In this document: positions 38,800 through 48,142 of the stretch, piece by piece | Numbering within the stretch: position 1 is the first letter of the stretch | Layout: every line of letters begins with the position of its first letter | Virus record (IMG/VR): IMGVR_UViG_3300035182_002586 | Span: 62,001-126,000 of that record | Reading direction: 5' to 3' (one strand) | Length of the DNA stretch: 64,000 nt | The notes under the pieces: generated by a model | Told to the model about the DNA's origin: nothing | The model's database searches: none | The model's input: only the letters and a program-made list of their open reading frames with translations | Program-made: the position numbers and the translations under genes

Positions 38800-40305
38800 T
38801 CAGAGGTCCTCGTCGCCAATGAGGCGGTCGTAGACGCTGGCTCGCACGAAGGGCTTCCACTCGACAGCGAAGGCAGACAGGGGGACTACCTGCGACCCCG
38901 TGCGTACTCCGTCCTTGTCGAGGGTGATGATGTTGCGGCGGCTGTCGATCTGTATGACCTTCGCGACCTGACCCGTTCGAGTCTCTTCCCACTCCTCTCC
39001 GCAAGCGACCTTGATCGGCAACGGGGGGTCAGGGGTCTCGGCAGGCTTGGCGTTCAGCGTCGCGTCGTACTTGTCGAGGAACTCGCGGAAGGTGACGACG
39101 ATCTCCGATCCCGTCGTGGTGATCAGGTGGACTTGATCCCCTTCGGTACGGGCGACCGTGGCTTCTTGCGTCCCGGCCTTCTCTTTCCACGGGGCTCCGG
39201 GAGCGAGAAGGGTGCTCACCATCCTCGGGAGGTTGGCCCGGAGCTGTGCCCTGGTCCGTCCAGCGGCCGAGATCATGGGCTCCACCGTAGTCAGGAAGAG
39301 GCGGATGGACTCAATGGAGAGACCGCTGGTGCGGGCAGCCTCTACCAGCACGGGGTCCTCACGCTCGACGGGAGGCGGAGCTGGAGTCGGGGTCGGAAGA
39401 GTCTCCGCCAAGGACGAGAAGAACGTGCGGAACCACTCCGGTATCCCGGCTGCCTGGTTCCGATGACGCTCGAACTCGCGGCGGTCTGCCTCGGTGATCG
39501 TCACCGCTTCCGTAGTGGGGCGATCTGGACGCCCACCCAACCGGGAGACGGGCATCGGCGGTCTCGGCCTGGAAGGACGTTCGTTCTCCCGTAGAACGAT
39601 GTGGACGGCCGTGGGCTCGATCGAAAGCGACAGCCTCGGTGGCAGGGAGAGGGTGCGGTCTAGCAAGTCCGTCGATCGACTGTCCCCCAAGGCCGCAGGA
39701 CCCATCTCGACGCGATCCACCGTGAGACTGCTACTGTGGATGTGTCTCAGAGCGCTCTGAACGACCGTCTCGTACCAACGCCCCCTCGACGCGATGTCGA
39801 TTAGGTCCGCAGCGGGGGACGGGATGGCCGCCCACACGCGGCCACAGAGCTGACACGACCACCAGGACCACGCAGCGCCCGCAGGACGAACCGAGAGGAG
39901 ATCCTCTGCCGTCGCCGTGCTTGCGCACGACGGGCAGGTCATCGACGGCTGATCTCGCGCAGGGGTACGAGGATCGACGCTCGGCGAGTGCGTGAGCAGC
40001 TCGGCTTGGATGGAGATGGGTAGGTGTCTCGGGCAGACGTACTCGGTCGTACCATCCCGCTCGTACTTGAAGAACGCGCTGATGGGACAGCCTCGTCGGC
40101 CGCAGGTCATGTGTGTGCGCGGTGCAGGGGCTACGAACGTCCAGTTCAGCTCCAGCATGCGTGGAGCCACGCGGAAACGATGACCCGTGGACGAGACGAG
40201 CGTGATGATGGTGTCCGTCGCGTCTGCGACCACACCTCGCACTTCGAGGCCCTGCGCATCGCGCATCGCCCAACTCTCACCGATCTGTGGATTTCCGACG
40301 GGCAT
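38800..40305 (-). CDS. Hypothetical protein with Zn-finger motifs and similar modules
   Basis: CxxxxC...CxxH, CxxC...CxxC; IGESW, GEEW modules. Confidence 0.7.
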   Translation of the reverse strand: MPVGNPQIGESWAMRDAQGLEVRGVVADATDTIITLVSSTGHRFRVAPRMLELNWTFVAPAPRTHMTCGRRGCPISAFFKYERDGTTEYVCPRHLPISIQAELLTHSPSVDPRTPARDQPSMTCPSCASTATAEDLLSVRPAGAAWSWWSCQLCGRVWAAIPSPAADLIDIASRGRWYETVVQSALRHIHSSSLTVDRVEMGPAALGDSRSTDLLDRTLSLPPRLSLSIEPTAVHIVLRENERPSRPRPPMPVSRLGGRPDRPTTEAVTITEADRREFERHRNQAAGIPEWFRTFFSSLAETLPTPTPAPPPVEREDPVLVEAARTSGLSIESIRLFLTTVEPMISAAGRTRAQLRANLPRMVSTLLAPGAPWKEKAGTQEATVARTEGDQVHLITTTGSEIVVTFREFLDKYDATLNAKPAETPDPPLPIKVACGEEWEETRTGQVAKVIQIDSRRNIITLDKDGVRTGSQVVPLSAFAVEWKPFVRASVYDRLIGDEDL

Positions 40306-40378
40306 TCTTCCTCGCGAGGTCCGTGCAGGAACCTCCTATCGCGCCGTTCCTAGTGCTACACCGCCGCCGGGAGAACGT

Positions 40379-40822
40379 GTGTCGTCCATCGACCCAGCCA
40401 AGGCTTTTCAGGCGTTTGCCGACCTCGGCGTTTACCCGAACGACGTGCGAGCACTGGAACGCCTGCCCTTTCCTGAGGCTCAGGTGGCTCTACTTGAGCT
40501 GAAAGAAAGGGCCCGGAGGAACTTCCGGCGTCTATCCCTGGAGCTACACCCTGACCGCAACGGCGGGAACGAGGCGCTGACAGAGCGTTTCAAGGTGATG
40601 TCTGCGGTCCGCGACGAGCTGGAGAAGATCGAGGTGCACCCCGCCCCGGCACCCCCGCGTCCGGTCCCTGCGCACCCTCGTGCTGTGAACCCCTTCCCTC
40701 AGCACAGGCACCCCTTCCCCTTTGGCGGGGGTGTCACGGTGATCAACTTCGCGTCGAGCACTTCGGCGACGGGGGCGGTAGGCGGGTGGGTAAGCCGGCC
40801 GATCCGCATCATCATCCGGTGA
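40379..40822 (+). CDS. J-domain (DnaJ-like) protein
   Basis: FRRLSLELHPDRNGG....F. Confidence 0.75.
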   Translation: MSSIDPAKAFQAFADLGVYPNDVRALERLPFPEAQVALLELKERARRNFRRLSLELHPDRNGGNEALTERFKVMSAVRDELEKIEVHPAPAPPRPVPAHPRAVNPFPQHRHPFPFGGGVTVINFASSTSATGAVGGWVSRPIRIIIR

Positions 40823-40864
40823 AAAAGACCACGGCCGGTGTAGATTAACCCATGGGAGCTGACC

Positions 40865-41191
40865 ATGGCAGAAGATGACCCCAAGAAGCCGCCCGTCTGT
40901 CCCGGTGAGGACCAGCTCGTGATTGGGGGTGCTCCCGACGAGAGCGGGCACGTCCCCTACGTCCGTCACACGGCCGATCACGAGATCGAGGCTGGTGTCA
41001 TGCGCCCGGTGCAGGAAGGGGAAGCGATCGACGAGAACTCGTTCCGTCTGGAACACCGCTCCGGCCCCATCTACGCCGTCAAGCCCGTCTCCGAAGGGGA
41101 TCGCAAGGGCCCCGCGAAGGTCGCGAGCGACGCCTTCCGCTCCGGGTGGGACAACATCTTCGGCAAGCGTCAGCCCGTAGGCCAAGCCTGA
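40865..41191 (+). CDS. Hypothetical protein
   Basis: GGAG RBS; ORF. Confidence 0.65.
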   Translation: MAEDDPKKPPVCPGEDQLVIGGAPDESGHVPYVRHTADHEIEAGVMRPVQEGEAIDENSFRLEHRSGPIYAVKPVSEGDRKGPAKVASDAFRSGWDNIFGKRQPVGQA

Positions 41192-41192
41192 T

Positions 41193-41423
41193 ATGCCCGT
41201 CTTCCAACCGAAGCGCACGAACGGAAGCCGGTTCGATGCCTGGACGGCTCCCTGCCCCGTCTGCTCGAAGAAAGCAGACGAAGACTGCATCCACGTGCTC
41301 GTGCGTGACACGCAGGAAGACACGTTGAAGCCTCGGGTCCCCGTCGCTTCTGGGGGTGTACCCGCGCCCGATGTACCGAAAGGAATCTGGGAACGCATCC
41401 TCGATGACGAAGACGTGGTGTAG
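41193..41423 (+). CDS. Small zinc-finger protein
   Basis: CPVC......C; C-terminal WERILDD. Confidence 0.6.
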   Translation: MPVFQPKRTNGSRFDAWTAPCPVCSKKADEDCIHVLVRDTQEDTLKPRVPVASGGVPAPDVPKGIWERILDDEDVV

Positions 41424-41431
41424 ATCGAGAC

Positions 41432-42304
41432 ATGCCCTCTGACCGCACGACGGCGATGGTCCGCAACTTCGGTATCCTCTACGGGATGAGCAAGACGGGC
41501 GCTCTCCCTCCGAACTACGAGAAGCTCGACATCGCGGAGATGCAGCACGTCTGGAACCACGGCCGGGAGCGAGACCCTCGTGTGGGTCAGGTACTCGACG
41601 CACTATCGAGCACCCGGGCACCCCTCGGCCCCTACGCCGCCATCCAGGCGGGGATCCCGTGTCCGGTCTGCCCGTCCGGTGCCTGCGTGCACGGTGCAGG
41701 CACCCCTCTGGAGCCGCCGCTTGTCAGAGTCGGCGGGACCACTAGGTCCGACGTACCGGAGTTCCAACGGAACTACCTGAGCTACGCCCCCGTGACCGTA
41801 CCCGAGATGCCGCCCCCGCCCCCATCGCCCGCCCCTGTGGTGACGCCGGAGCTGCTGCGGAAGGCGCTCGAACGGTTCGATAAGGTCTACAAAGACCAGT
41901 GGCAGCGCATCCTGGAAGATGACGGGAACGACGACGCGATCTTCGTTGAGATCGAGAGAATCATCGGGGCCGCACGCAAGAAGCTGATCCACCCCAACGC
42001 TTGGTGGCGCGGCCGCGAGCCTGCCGTGGGTCCGGATGGCCCGGTTGGAGGTAGCGACCCCCGGGCCGTGAAGTGGTCGATCTCCGGGGCGTTGTACGCA
42101 GAGATGTCGGATGACCCTCAGGTTTCCGCCGCTGTGCGCGCCGCTGTGACCCTCGTTGCGACGGTTGTGTCCGGGACCCTCCAGACGGACTGGTTCGCTG
42201 CGGACATGAGGCTGACGCGGTGGAACGCAGACCCGAAGAGGCTCTACACGGACGTACTCCACGTCCTGGCTCAGGTGCACCTGGCCGTGAAGCAGCGGGC
42301 TTGA
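41432..42304 (+). CDS. Hypothetical protein
   Basis: GGTGTA 9 nt upstream; ORF. Confidence 0.6.
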   Translation: MPSDRTTAMVRNFGILYGMSKTGALPPNYEKLDIAEMQHVWNHGRERDPRVGQVLDALSSTRAPLGPYAAIQAGIPCPVCPSGACVHGAGTPLEPPLVRVGGTTRSDVPEFQRNYLSYAPVTVPEMPPPPPSPAPVVTPELLRKALERFDKVYKDQWQRILEDDGNDDAIFVEIERIIGAARKKLIHPNAWWRGREPAVGPDGPVGGSDPRAVKWSISGALYAEMSDDPQVSAAVRAAVTLVATVVSGTLQTDWFAADMRLTRWNADPKRLYTDVLHVLAQVHLAVKQRA

Positions 42305-42330
42305 GGATCAAGTTTTCCGCCCCCTCCATT

Positions 42331-42585
42331 ATGCCCAAGCAGATCGGCGGCAAAACCGTGCAGATCACGGTGCGCGTGGGCGAAGACGTTCCCGATCGGG
42401 CGGCCCGTCTCGCACGCACCATGGCTCCGGAGGGGATGCGCCTCGCACGCGCTGACGTGCTCCGTGCAGCTCTCCTGCGAGGTCTCCTCGGGATGGAGGC
42501 GGAGATTGCTCCAACCCTCCCTCCTCCGCCCCCCGAGGACCTCGGTGTAGAACCCTCCGTGGACCCGCCGGTAGAGACGGGGTAG
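42331..42585 (+). CDS. Ribbon-helix-helix (CopG-like) DNA-binding protein
   Basis: QITVRV....DRA..LA......RADVLRAALLRGL. Confidence 0.6.
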   Translation: MPKQIGGKTVQITVRVGEDVPDRAARLARTMAPEGMRLARADVLRAALLRGLLGMEAEIAPTLPPPPPEDLGVEPSVDPPVETG

Positions 42586-42594
42586 GGTGGTCAC

Positions 42595-43209
42595 ATGCTC
42601 TCGTCCCTGACGTTCGCGAAGGATTTCCGCTGCTTCAAGGCGTCGGAGAGGATCGACTTCCACGCAGGGGTCAACCTGCTCGTAGGGGACCAGGGGGCCG
42701 GGAAGTCGAGCCTGTTGTCCATCCTCCGTGGGTTCGGTGGCGACGCCATGGCTCTCGGGCCGATGTCGGTGGCGGAAGCTCGGCAGACGGTGAAGGTCGC
42801 GGCCACGGGGGAGCGCTTCAAGTCCTTCGGGTTCGACTTCGAGAAAGAGAACCCCCGCACTCTGCCAGGCATCGCCGAGAAGGGGGCCGGCGGGATGTTC
42901 TTCCAGGTCGGGAGCTTCTTCCGGTCCCACGGGGAGACCGTGAAGTCGATCATCGCCTCCCTCGAACAAGAGGCGGTCAAGGGACCCTACCTCATCCTGT
43001 TCGACGAGCCTGACGCCGGACTGTCCCCGCGCAGCGCGGTGGAGCTGCTTCGAGTCCTACGGGTCGTCACGGAGCACGGGGGGCAGGTCATCGCCTCGGT
43101 CCACAGCCCCATCCTGATGCTCGGGGTTCCCGAGGTGCTTTCCCTGGAGCACCGCCGGTGGATGCCGGGACGGGAATTCCTCGCAACGCACGGCGTCAGC
43201 GGGTTCTAG
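42595..43209 (+). CDS. Stand-alone ABC/AAA ATPase
   Basis: GDQGAGKSS, SHGE, LFDEPDAGLS, SVHSP. Confidence 0.85.
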   Translation: MLSSLTFAKDFRCFKASERIDFHAGVNLLVGDQGAGKSSLLSILRGFGGDAMALGPMSVAEARQTVKVAATGERFKSFGFDFEKENPRTLPGIAEKGAGGMFFQVGSFFRSHGETVKSIIASLEQEAVKGPYLILFDEPDAGLSPRSAVELLRVLRVVTEHGGQVIASVHSPILMLGVPEVLSLEHRRWMPGREFLATHGVSGF

Positions 43210-43231
43210 TCTACGATCCTAACTTCCCGGA

Positions 43232-43260
43232 TGGATCGGGTTGGGGTCGCATTGTACTAG
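43232..43260 (+). promoter_or_regulatory. TGGATC-N17-TACTAG promoter-like motif (third class)
   Basis: Same layout at 31251 (+), 60273 (-) and 60717 (-). Confidence 0.55.
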
Positions 43261-43264
43261 AGAC

Positions 43265-43507
43265 ATGCCGACCACCAAGTTCAATTGCAAGACCCCGGGC
43301 GACGCAACCAAGCTGATCGAGACCGTGAAGAGCCACATGGCTCGTGGCGCGGCGATCTCAAGCTACAGCTTCCCGGGCGGCTTCGAGAACACGAGCGCGC
43401 CGGTCCTCGTCACCGTCACCGGCATGACCGCCGTGGTGTGGGACGTGGCCCGCAAGAGCGGCGCCGAGCTGCTCCCCAACCTCAAGCCGTGGGAGAAGCA
43501 GTCGTGA
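43265..43507 (+). CDS. Hypothetical protein
   Basis: Downstream of a TGGATC-N17-TACTAG motif. Confidence 0.6.
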   Translation: MPTTKFNCKTPGDATKLIETVKSHMARGAAISSYSFPGGFENTSAPVLVTVTGMTAVVWDVARKSGAELLPNLKPWEKQS

Positions 43508-43764
43508 GCCGCTGCGACTGGTGTGACACCCGAACGACGGGCTGCACGGGCCTCTGCCGAACCTGTAAGTCCAAGCGCTTCCACGCAGTGAGGCGCATCA
43601 AGGAGGAGAAGCTCCTCGTCGACACTGCCGGAGGATCCTGGTGGGTGTGGGACGCGAAGGGCACCGTTCTCGTGATCGGCAAGACCTCCAAGTACATGGC
43701 CCTCAAGGCACTCGCCTTGGGTGACGGAGATCAGGATCAGGAAGGGAGCGAGGCACGGACATGA
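43504..43764 (+). CDS. Small Cys-rich hypothetical protein
   Basis: GTG start overlapping the upstream stop; CxxC...CxxC. Confidence 0.55.
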   Translation: MSRCDWCDTRTTGCTGLCRTCKSKRFHAVRRIKEEKLLVDTAGGSWWVWDAKGTVLVIGKTSKYMALKALALGDGDQDQEGSEART

Positions 43765-44105
43765 GCGAGAAGAAGACCAAGGAACCCGGCGAAGACATCC
43801 AGAACCGTGGCGTCAGCACGTGGCGCTACAAGCGGGAACCCGAGGAGCTGCGCTTCGCCAAGGCATGGGATCACCAGTGCACTGTGGGCCGAACCCTCGA
43901 CCACCTGCTCGATCAGCGGGAGGTCCGGACCGGGCACCCGCCGTACGCCAACGACCGCGACGTCACCGTTGCCGCCACTGTCATCCAGTGGCTCGGTTCG
44001 AACGTCGGTCAGAGCTTCCTCGCCGACCTCGGGTACGTCCGGCCCGGCTCCTGCGAGTGGGAAGAGATCCTCCTCCAGCGTGGCTACGTGAAGAAGGATT
44101 GGTAG
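43761..44105 (+). CDS. Hypothetical phage protein
   Basis: E..FA..W...VAATVIQWLGSNVG.SFL. Confidence 0.65.
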   Translation: MSEKKTKEPGEDIQNRGVSTWRYKREPEELRFAKAWDHQCTVGRTLDHLLDQREVRTGHPPYANDRDVTVAATVIQWLGSNVGQSFLADLGYVRPGSCEWEEILLQRGYVKKDW

Positions 44106-44117
44106 GTCCTCCACCCC

Positions 44118-44183
44118 ATAGCTCAGCGGTCCGAATCATGGTCAAGATTCAAATCTTGACCATGATTCGGACCGCTGAGCTAT
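44118..44183. repeat. 66-bp palindrome with perfect 32-bp arms and a 2-nt spacer
   Basis: atagctcagcggtccgaatcatggtcaagatt-ca-aatcttgaccatgattcggaccgctgagctat. Confidence 0.95.
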
Positions 44184-44388
44184 TGCCATCGGCTCGTTGT
44201 GGTGTATAGGAAGGGGGACACTACACGTGGACCGCGCTCCCTCGGGGGTTTGGGTCCTCGTGACGGCTGGCCGCACCTTCGGGTTTGGGTTGGCCGCGGA
44301 CGATCGCTAAGGCGCCGTGGGTTTGGAAGCCAGTCCGGGCTTCGCACCAGCGGTAGGACCGACCCGAAACGTTTCACGGAGGACCCCC

Positions 44389-46107
44389 ATGAAGGTCGAA
44401 GCACGTCTCACGTATGGACAGATCCGTCACGACCAGCCCAAGGACGCCCACCTCGTCCTCTCCCTGACCGCGCCCCCGCTCGCCGAAGAGACCAAGCGCC
44501 CGCCGATCTGCGTGGTCGCAGCCATCGACGTGTCGCCCTCGATGGAGGGCCCGAAGCTCGCCTACGCGAAGCAGTCGGCCATCAAGATGGTCGACCACCT
44601 CCAGCCCGGGGACTACTTCGGGCTCGTGGACTTCGCGCAGAGCGCGAGGCTCGTGATCAAGCCGCAGAAGGTGACGACCGCGTACAAGGACGAAGCGAAG
44701 CGGCAGATCGGCGGGCTCAAGGTCCGGGGCGCCACGAACATCGCGGACGCTCTTCTCGTCTCCCTCGACGCGGCGAACCGAATGGACCTCGGGGCCGAGG
44801 TCATCACCCGCTGCATCCTCTTCACCGACGGGGACGCCAACACCGGGGTCGCCATCACGCCGAAGGCCATCATCGAGCTGCTCTCGAAGAACCTCGGGAT
44901 CGCGACCGTCAGCGCCTTCGGGTACGGCGAAGACGTGAAACAGGAGCTTCTCGCGGACATCGCGAAGGTGGGCAAGGCGAACTACGCCTTCGTCAAGAAC
45001 CCGGACGACGCCCTCAGCGCCTTCGGTAAGGAACTCGGCGGACTGGTCTCCACGTGGGCGACGGGCATCACGGTCGAACTCGCGCCCTCGGCGGACGAGC
45101 ACAGCTTCCGGGCCATCGTCTCCGACGTGGAGGCCGAGGAGGACGTGGCCGGGCACATGACGATCAAGATCCCGGACCTCCTGGCGGAGGAGACGCGGCA
45201 CATCGTCCTCGGGGTGAACCTCGCCCCGCAGAAGGCCGTGGGCCCGCGTGCCGTCAACGTCTTCGAGGCGAAGATCGCCTACGACGTGATCGGAACGGAC
45301 GGGCGCAAGGAGCGCAAGACCATCGAAGCCAAGGCGAAGGTCCAGTTCGTCAAGGCGGGGGACGAGCAGAAGACCCCCACGAAGACGGTCGACGAGATCG
45401 TCGCGCAGGCGCAGATCGTCCGTGCACAGATCGAGGCCGAGCAGGCGGCACAGCAGGGCGACTTCAAGACGGCCGGGGCGGTCTTCCAGAAGACGTCCAA
45501 GAGCCTCCAGGACCGCGGGCACGCGGACCTCGGGAGCGTCGTCAGTCACCTCCACGGGATGTACGCCGACTCGAACTCGTACCGCACCACGTCCGGCAAC
45601 CGCGTCGGCATGCGCACCGCGATGACTCGCGCCGTGGGGGCGTCCGGGCTCGACAGGGACGACGAGGCCCTGCTCAGCTCGGCGCGCTACAACATGTCGA
45701 ACTCGTCGCAGACCTCGATGGTCTCCAGCTTCACCGGGGACACGCCCCCGCCTCCGGCAATCCACGGCGGGACCGCCCTGGCTCCCGTGGCGACCCTCAT
45801 CGCCGCTCCCTCGTGGGTCGGGGGTGTGGCTCCTGCGCAGCCCTCCGCCGGGTGGGTCCAGCCTGCGGGCGGGGTCAGCATCCAGGACCTCCAGAACGCG
45901 ATGGGCGTCGTTCCGTTCAACGGGATGCCGCCGCACCGTCCCGGGTACACGGTCCCCCGCTCCGCCGACGCGCAGCAGCTCCAGGAAGCCGCAGCCGAGG
46001 CGCTGCGGAGGATCGACGCCGACAAGAAAGCCAAGGAAGAGAAGCCGGCCCCGTCGTCGAAGGGTCGCAAGCCCCTCAAGCAGACGAAGAGCCCGACTCG
46101 CTGGTAA
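44389..46107 (+). CDS. von Willebrand factor A domain protein
   Basis: MIDAS DVSPSM, GATNI, LFTDGDAN, FGYG; GGAGG RBS. Confidence 0.88.
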   Translation: MKVEARLTYGQIRHDQPKDAHLVLSLTAPPLAEETKRPPICVVAAIDVSPSMEGPKLAYAKQSAIKMVDHLQPGDYFGLVDFAQSARLVIKPQKVTTAYKDEAKRQIGGLKVRGATNIADALLVSLDAANRMDLGAEVITRCILFTDGDANTGVAITPKAIIELLSKNLGIATVSAFGYGEDVKQELLADIAKVGKANYAFVKNPDDALSAFGKELGGLVSTWATGITVELAPSADEHSFRAIVSDVEAEEDVAGHMTIKIPDLLAEETRHIVLGVNLAPQKAVGPRAVNVFEAKIAYDVIGTDGRKERKTIEAKAKVQFVKAGDEQKTPTKTVDEIVAQAQIVRAQIEAEQAAQQGDFKTAGAVFQKTSKSLQDRGHADLGSVVSHLHGMYADSNSYRTTSGNRVGMRTAMTRAVGASGLDRDDEALLSSARYNMSNSSQTSMVSSFTGDTPPPPAIHGGTALAPVATLIAAPSWVGGVAPAQPSAGWVQPAGGVSIQDLQNAMGVVPFNGMPPHRPGYTVPRSADAQQLQEAAAEALRRIDADKKAKEEKPAPSSKGRKPLKQTKSPTRW

Positions 46108-46155
46108 CACCTGCACCCACCTCTGGCCCGTGCTCTCCGGTGTAGAGCACGGGCC

Positions 46156-46770
46156 ATGGGATACCCTCTCGAAGACGTAGGCGAACGACGCATCCGGGGC
46201 TTGCAGGTCGAGCACGAGATCGCGCTGCGGTTCCGCATGAAGGACTTCGGCGTGATCCTCCCGCCGACGCATCTCCGAGCCAAGACGGAGAGCCGCGAGC
46301 CCTTCGAGTTCGAGATCGACCTGGAGGTCTACCTCGATGGTGTGAACGGGCTCACGGACCCGTCAAAGCGTCGTGTCATCGAGGTGAAGGGGAAGTCAGG
46401 CGCGAAGGACGTGTTCACGACCGTGGACACGTGGCCCCACGAGAATGTGGCGCTCTACAACGTCAACAAGAAGACGCCCCCCTACGCGGTCGTCCTGTAC
46501 AGCACCCACACGAAGCACGCGCTCGTCGTCGTCGCGGGGGATTCCCCCTGGTCGAAGCACTCGATCCACGACAAGAAGCGCAACGCCACCTACGACGTGT
46601 GGACGGCGGAGAACTCCGCCCTGATGACGTTCGACTACTTCCTGGATCGGCTGCGGCGCGAGCTGGCGGATCAGATCCCGCCGCAGAGGATCATCGAGGC
46701 CCCGCCCGTCAGCCGCTACGTGCCGCAGGAACTCTCGCCGGAAGACGAAGAGGCGCTGCTGACGATCTGA
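46156..46770 (+). CDS. Putative PD-(D/E)XK nuclease
   Basis: G...E....; IDL; IEVKGK. Confidence 0.55.
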   Translation: MGYPLEDVGERRIRGLQVEHEIALRFRMKDFGVILPPTHLRAKTESREPFEFEIDLEVYLDGVNGLTDPSKRRVIEVKGKSGAKDVFTTVDTWPHENVALYNVNKKTPPYAVVLYSTHTKHALVVVAGDSPWSKHSIHDKKRNATYDVWTAENSALMTFDYFLDRLRRELADQIPPQRIIEAPPVSRYVPQELSPEDEEALLTI

Positions 46771-46788
46771 TCGGAGAGGGCTTCCACC

Positions 46789-47385
46789 ATGACCGAGATC
46801 TACATCAGCACGGACATCGAGAGCGACGGTCCCATCCCGGGCCCCTACTCCATGCTCTCATTCGGCTCAGCCGCCTTCCTGGAAGACGGCACCCGGGTCG
46901 GCACCTTCACGCGCAACCTGGAGTTACTTCCAGGTGCATCCCAACACCCAGACACGATGGCGTGGTGGTCAGAGCCCAAGCAGCACCAGGCGTGGGAAAA
47001 CGCACGTCGAACCCCGGTCGATCCAAAGGTCGCCATGGAGGACTATGTGCGGTGGATCGAGGGGCTCCCCGGCATCGAGAAGTCCAAGAACGGAAGTGTG
47101 AAGAACGTGGTTTTCGTAGGCTATCCGGCAGGGTTCGACTTCATGTTTGTCTACTACTACCTCGTATACTTTACGGGAGGTAGCCCATTCTCATTCTCAG
47201 CGCTCGACATGAAGTCGTTTGCCATGGCTGTCCTGGGGACTACGTACCGAGGCACATCCAAGAAGACGATGCCGAAGAAGTGGTTCCCCCCGAACCGACC
47301 CCACACTCATGTAGCTTTGGACGACGCTATTGAGCAGGGGGAACTGTTCATCAACATCCTCAAAGAGGCTTCACAAAGAAGGTAG
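46789..47385 (+). CDS. DEDDh 3'-5' exonuclease
   Basis: [21 protein letters not shown]. Confidence 0.85.
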   Translation: MTEIYISTDIESDGPIPGPYSMLSFGSAAFLEDGTRVGTFTRNLELLPGASQHPDTMAWWSEPKQHQAWENARRTPVDPKVAMEDYVRWIEGLPGIEKSKNGSVKNVVFVGYPAGFDFMFVYYYLVYFTGGSPFSFSALDMKSFAMAVLGTTYRGTSKKTMPKKWFPPNRPHTHVALDDAIEQGELFINILKEASQRR

Positions 47386-47387
47386 GG

Positions 47388-47966
47388 ATGTCCCGGCATA
47401 CACGTCAGCCCACCTACTTTGAGGGGTTCGAACATGGGCTTGCTCAGTGTGGTGGTGTGTATGTGATCGAAAACACCGTCTCAGGTGCGATCTACATCGG
47501 GAGTACACACAACTTACGTAAACGGTGGCAGCTCCACAGATGTCGCTTGCGGGCCGGGAATCACCACTCCCCGCATCTTCAACGGGCATGGGACAAGTAC
47601 GGTGCGGAAGCCTTTCGCTTCATAACCCTAATTGCCTCAAACGATGAGGGGACACGTCTTCGCTTGGAGCAACACTTCATCACTACACTCACCCCCGCAT
47701 ATAATGTGTCACCTACGGCCGTCTCGACCCTTGGTGTCAAACGTAGTGTAGAAACTCGGGCAAGGATTCAAGCGGCTGTAACGCAACCTGGTCGTCTAGC
47801 GAAGTTCATACAGATGGCTGAATGTCCAAAATCGGCTGAACATAGAGCACGTAGTGCGGCGGCGCATGTAGGCATGAGACCTAGCGAAGAGACGAGAGAA
47901 AAGTTGCGAGCTGCAAGTGCTAAGCGGTGGGCAGAACACCGTCGTAAGAAGCAGCTTGAGGGATGA
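47388..47966 (+). CDS. GIY-YIG homing endonuclease with NUMOD3-like repeats
   Basis: GVYVI...YIGST...RW..H; SVETRARI, SEETREKL; lower GC. Confidence 0.88.
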   Translation: MSRHTRQPTYFEGFEHGLAQCGGVYVIENTVSGAIYIGSTHNLRKRWQLHRCRLRAGNHHSPHLQRAWDKYGAEAFRFITLIASNDEGTRLRLEQHFITTLTPAYNVSPTAVSTLGVKRSVETRARIQAAVTQPGRLAKFIQMAECPKSAEHRARSAAAHVGMRPSEETREKLRAASAKRWAEHRRKKQLEG

Positions 47967-48133
47967 AGCCTGTACGCTTGCCGAACCCGATGCCCTGCAA
48001 GTACTGCAAGAGCGTCATGAGGCACGTGTTGCGAGACGTCTCCCCCACACAGGTGGAGCTTTACTGCCCCCTCTGTGGGGTGCAGATCGGAAAGAAGGCC
48101 CGGACCAACCCTCCGGTCCCCACACGGACTTAG
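47963..48133 (+). CDS. Small zinc-ribbon protein, not in the ORF track
   Basis: ATGA overlap; CKYC...CPLC, 56 aa. Confidence 0.5.
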   Translation: MKPVRLPNPMPCKYCKSVMRHVLRDVSPTQVELYCPLCGVQIGKKARTNPPVPTRT

Positions 48134-48142
48134 GAGACCGTC

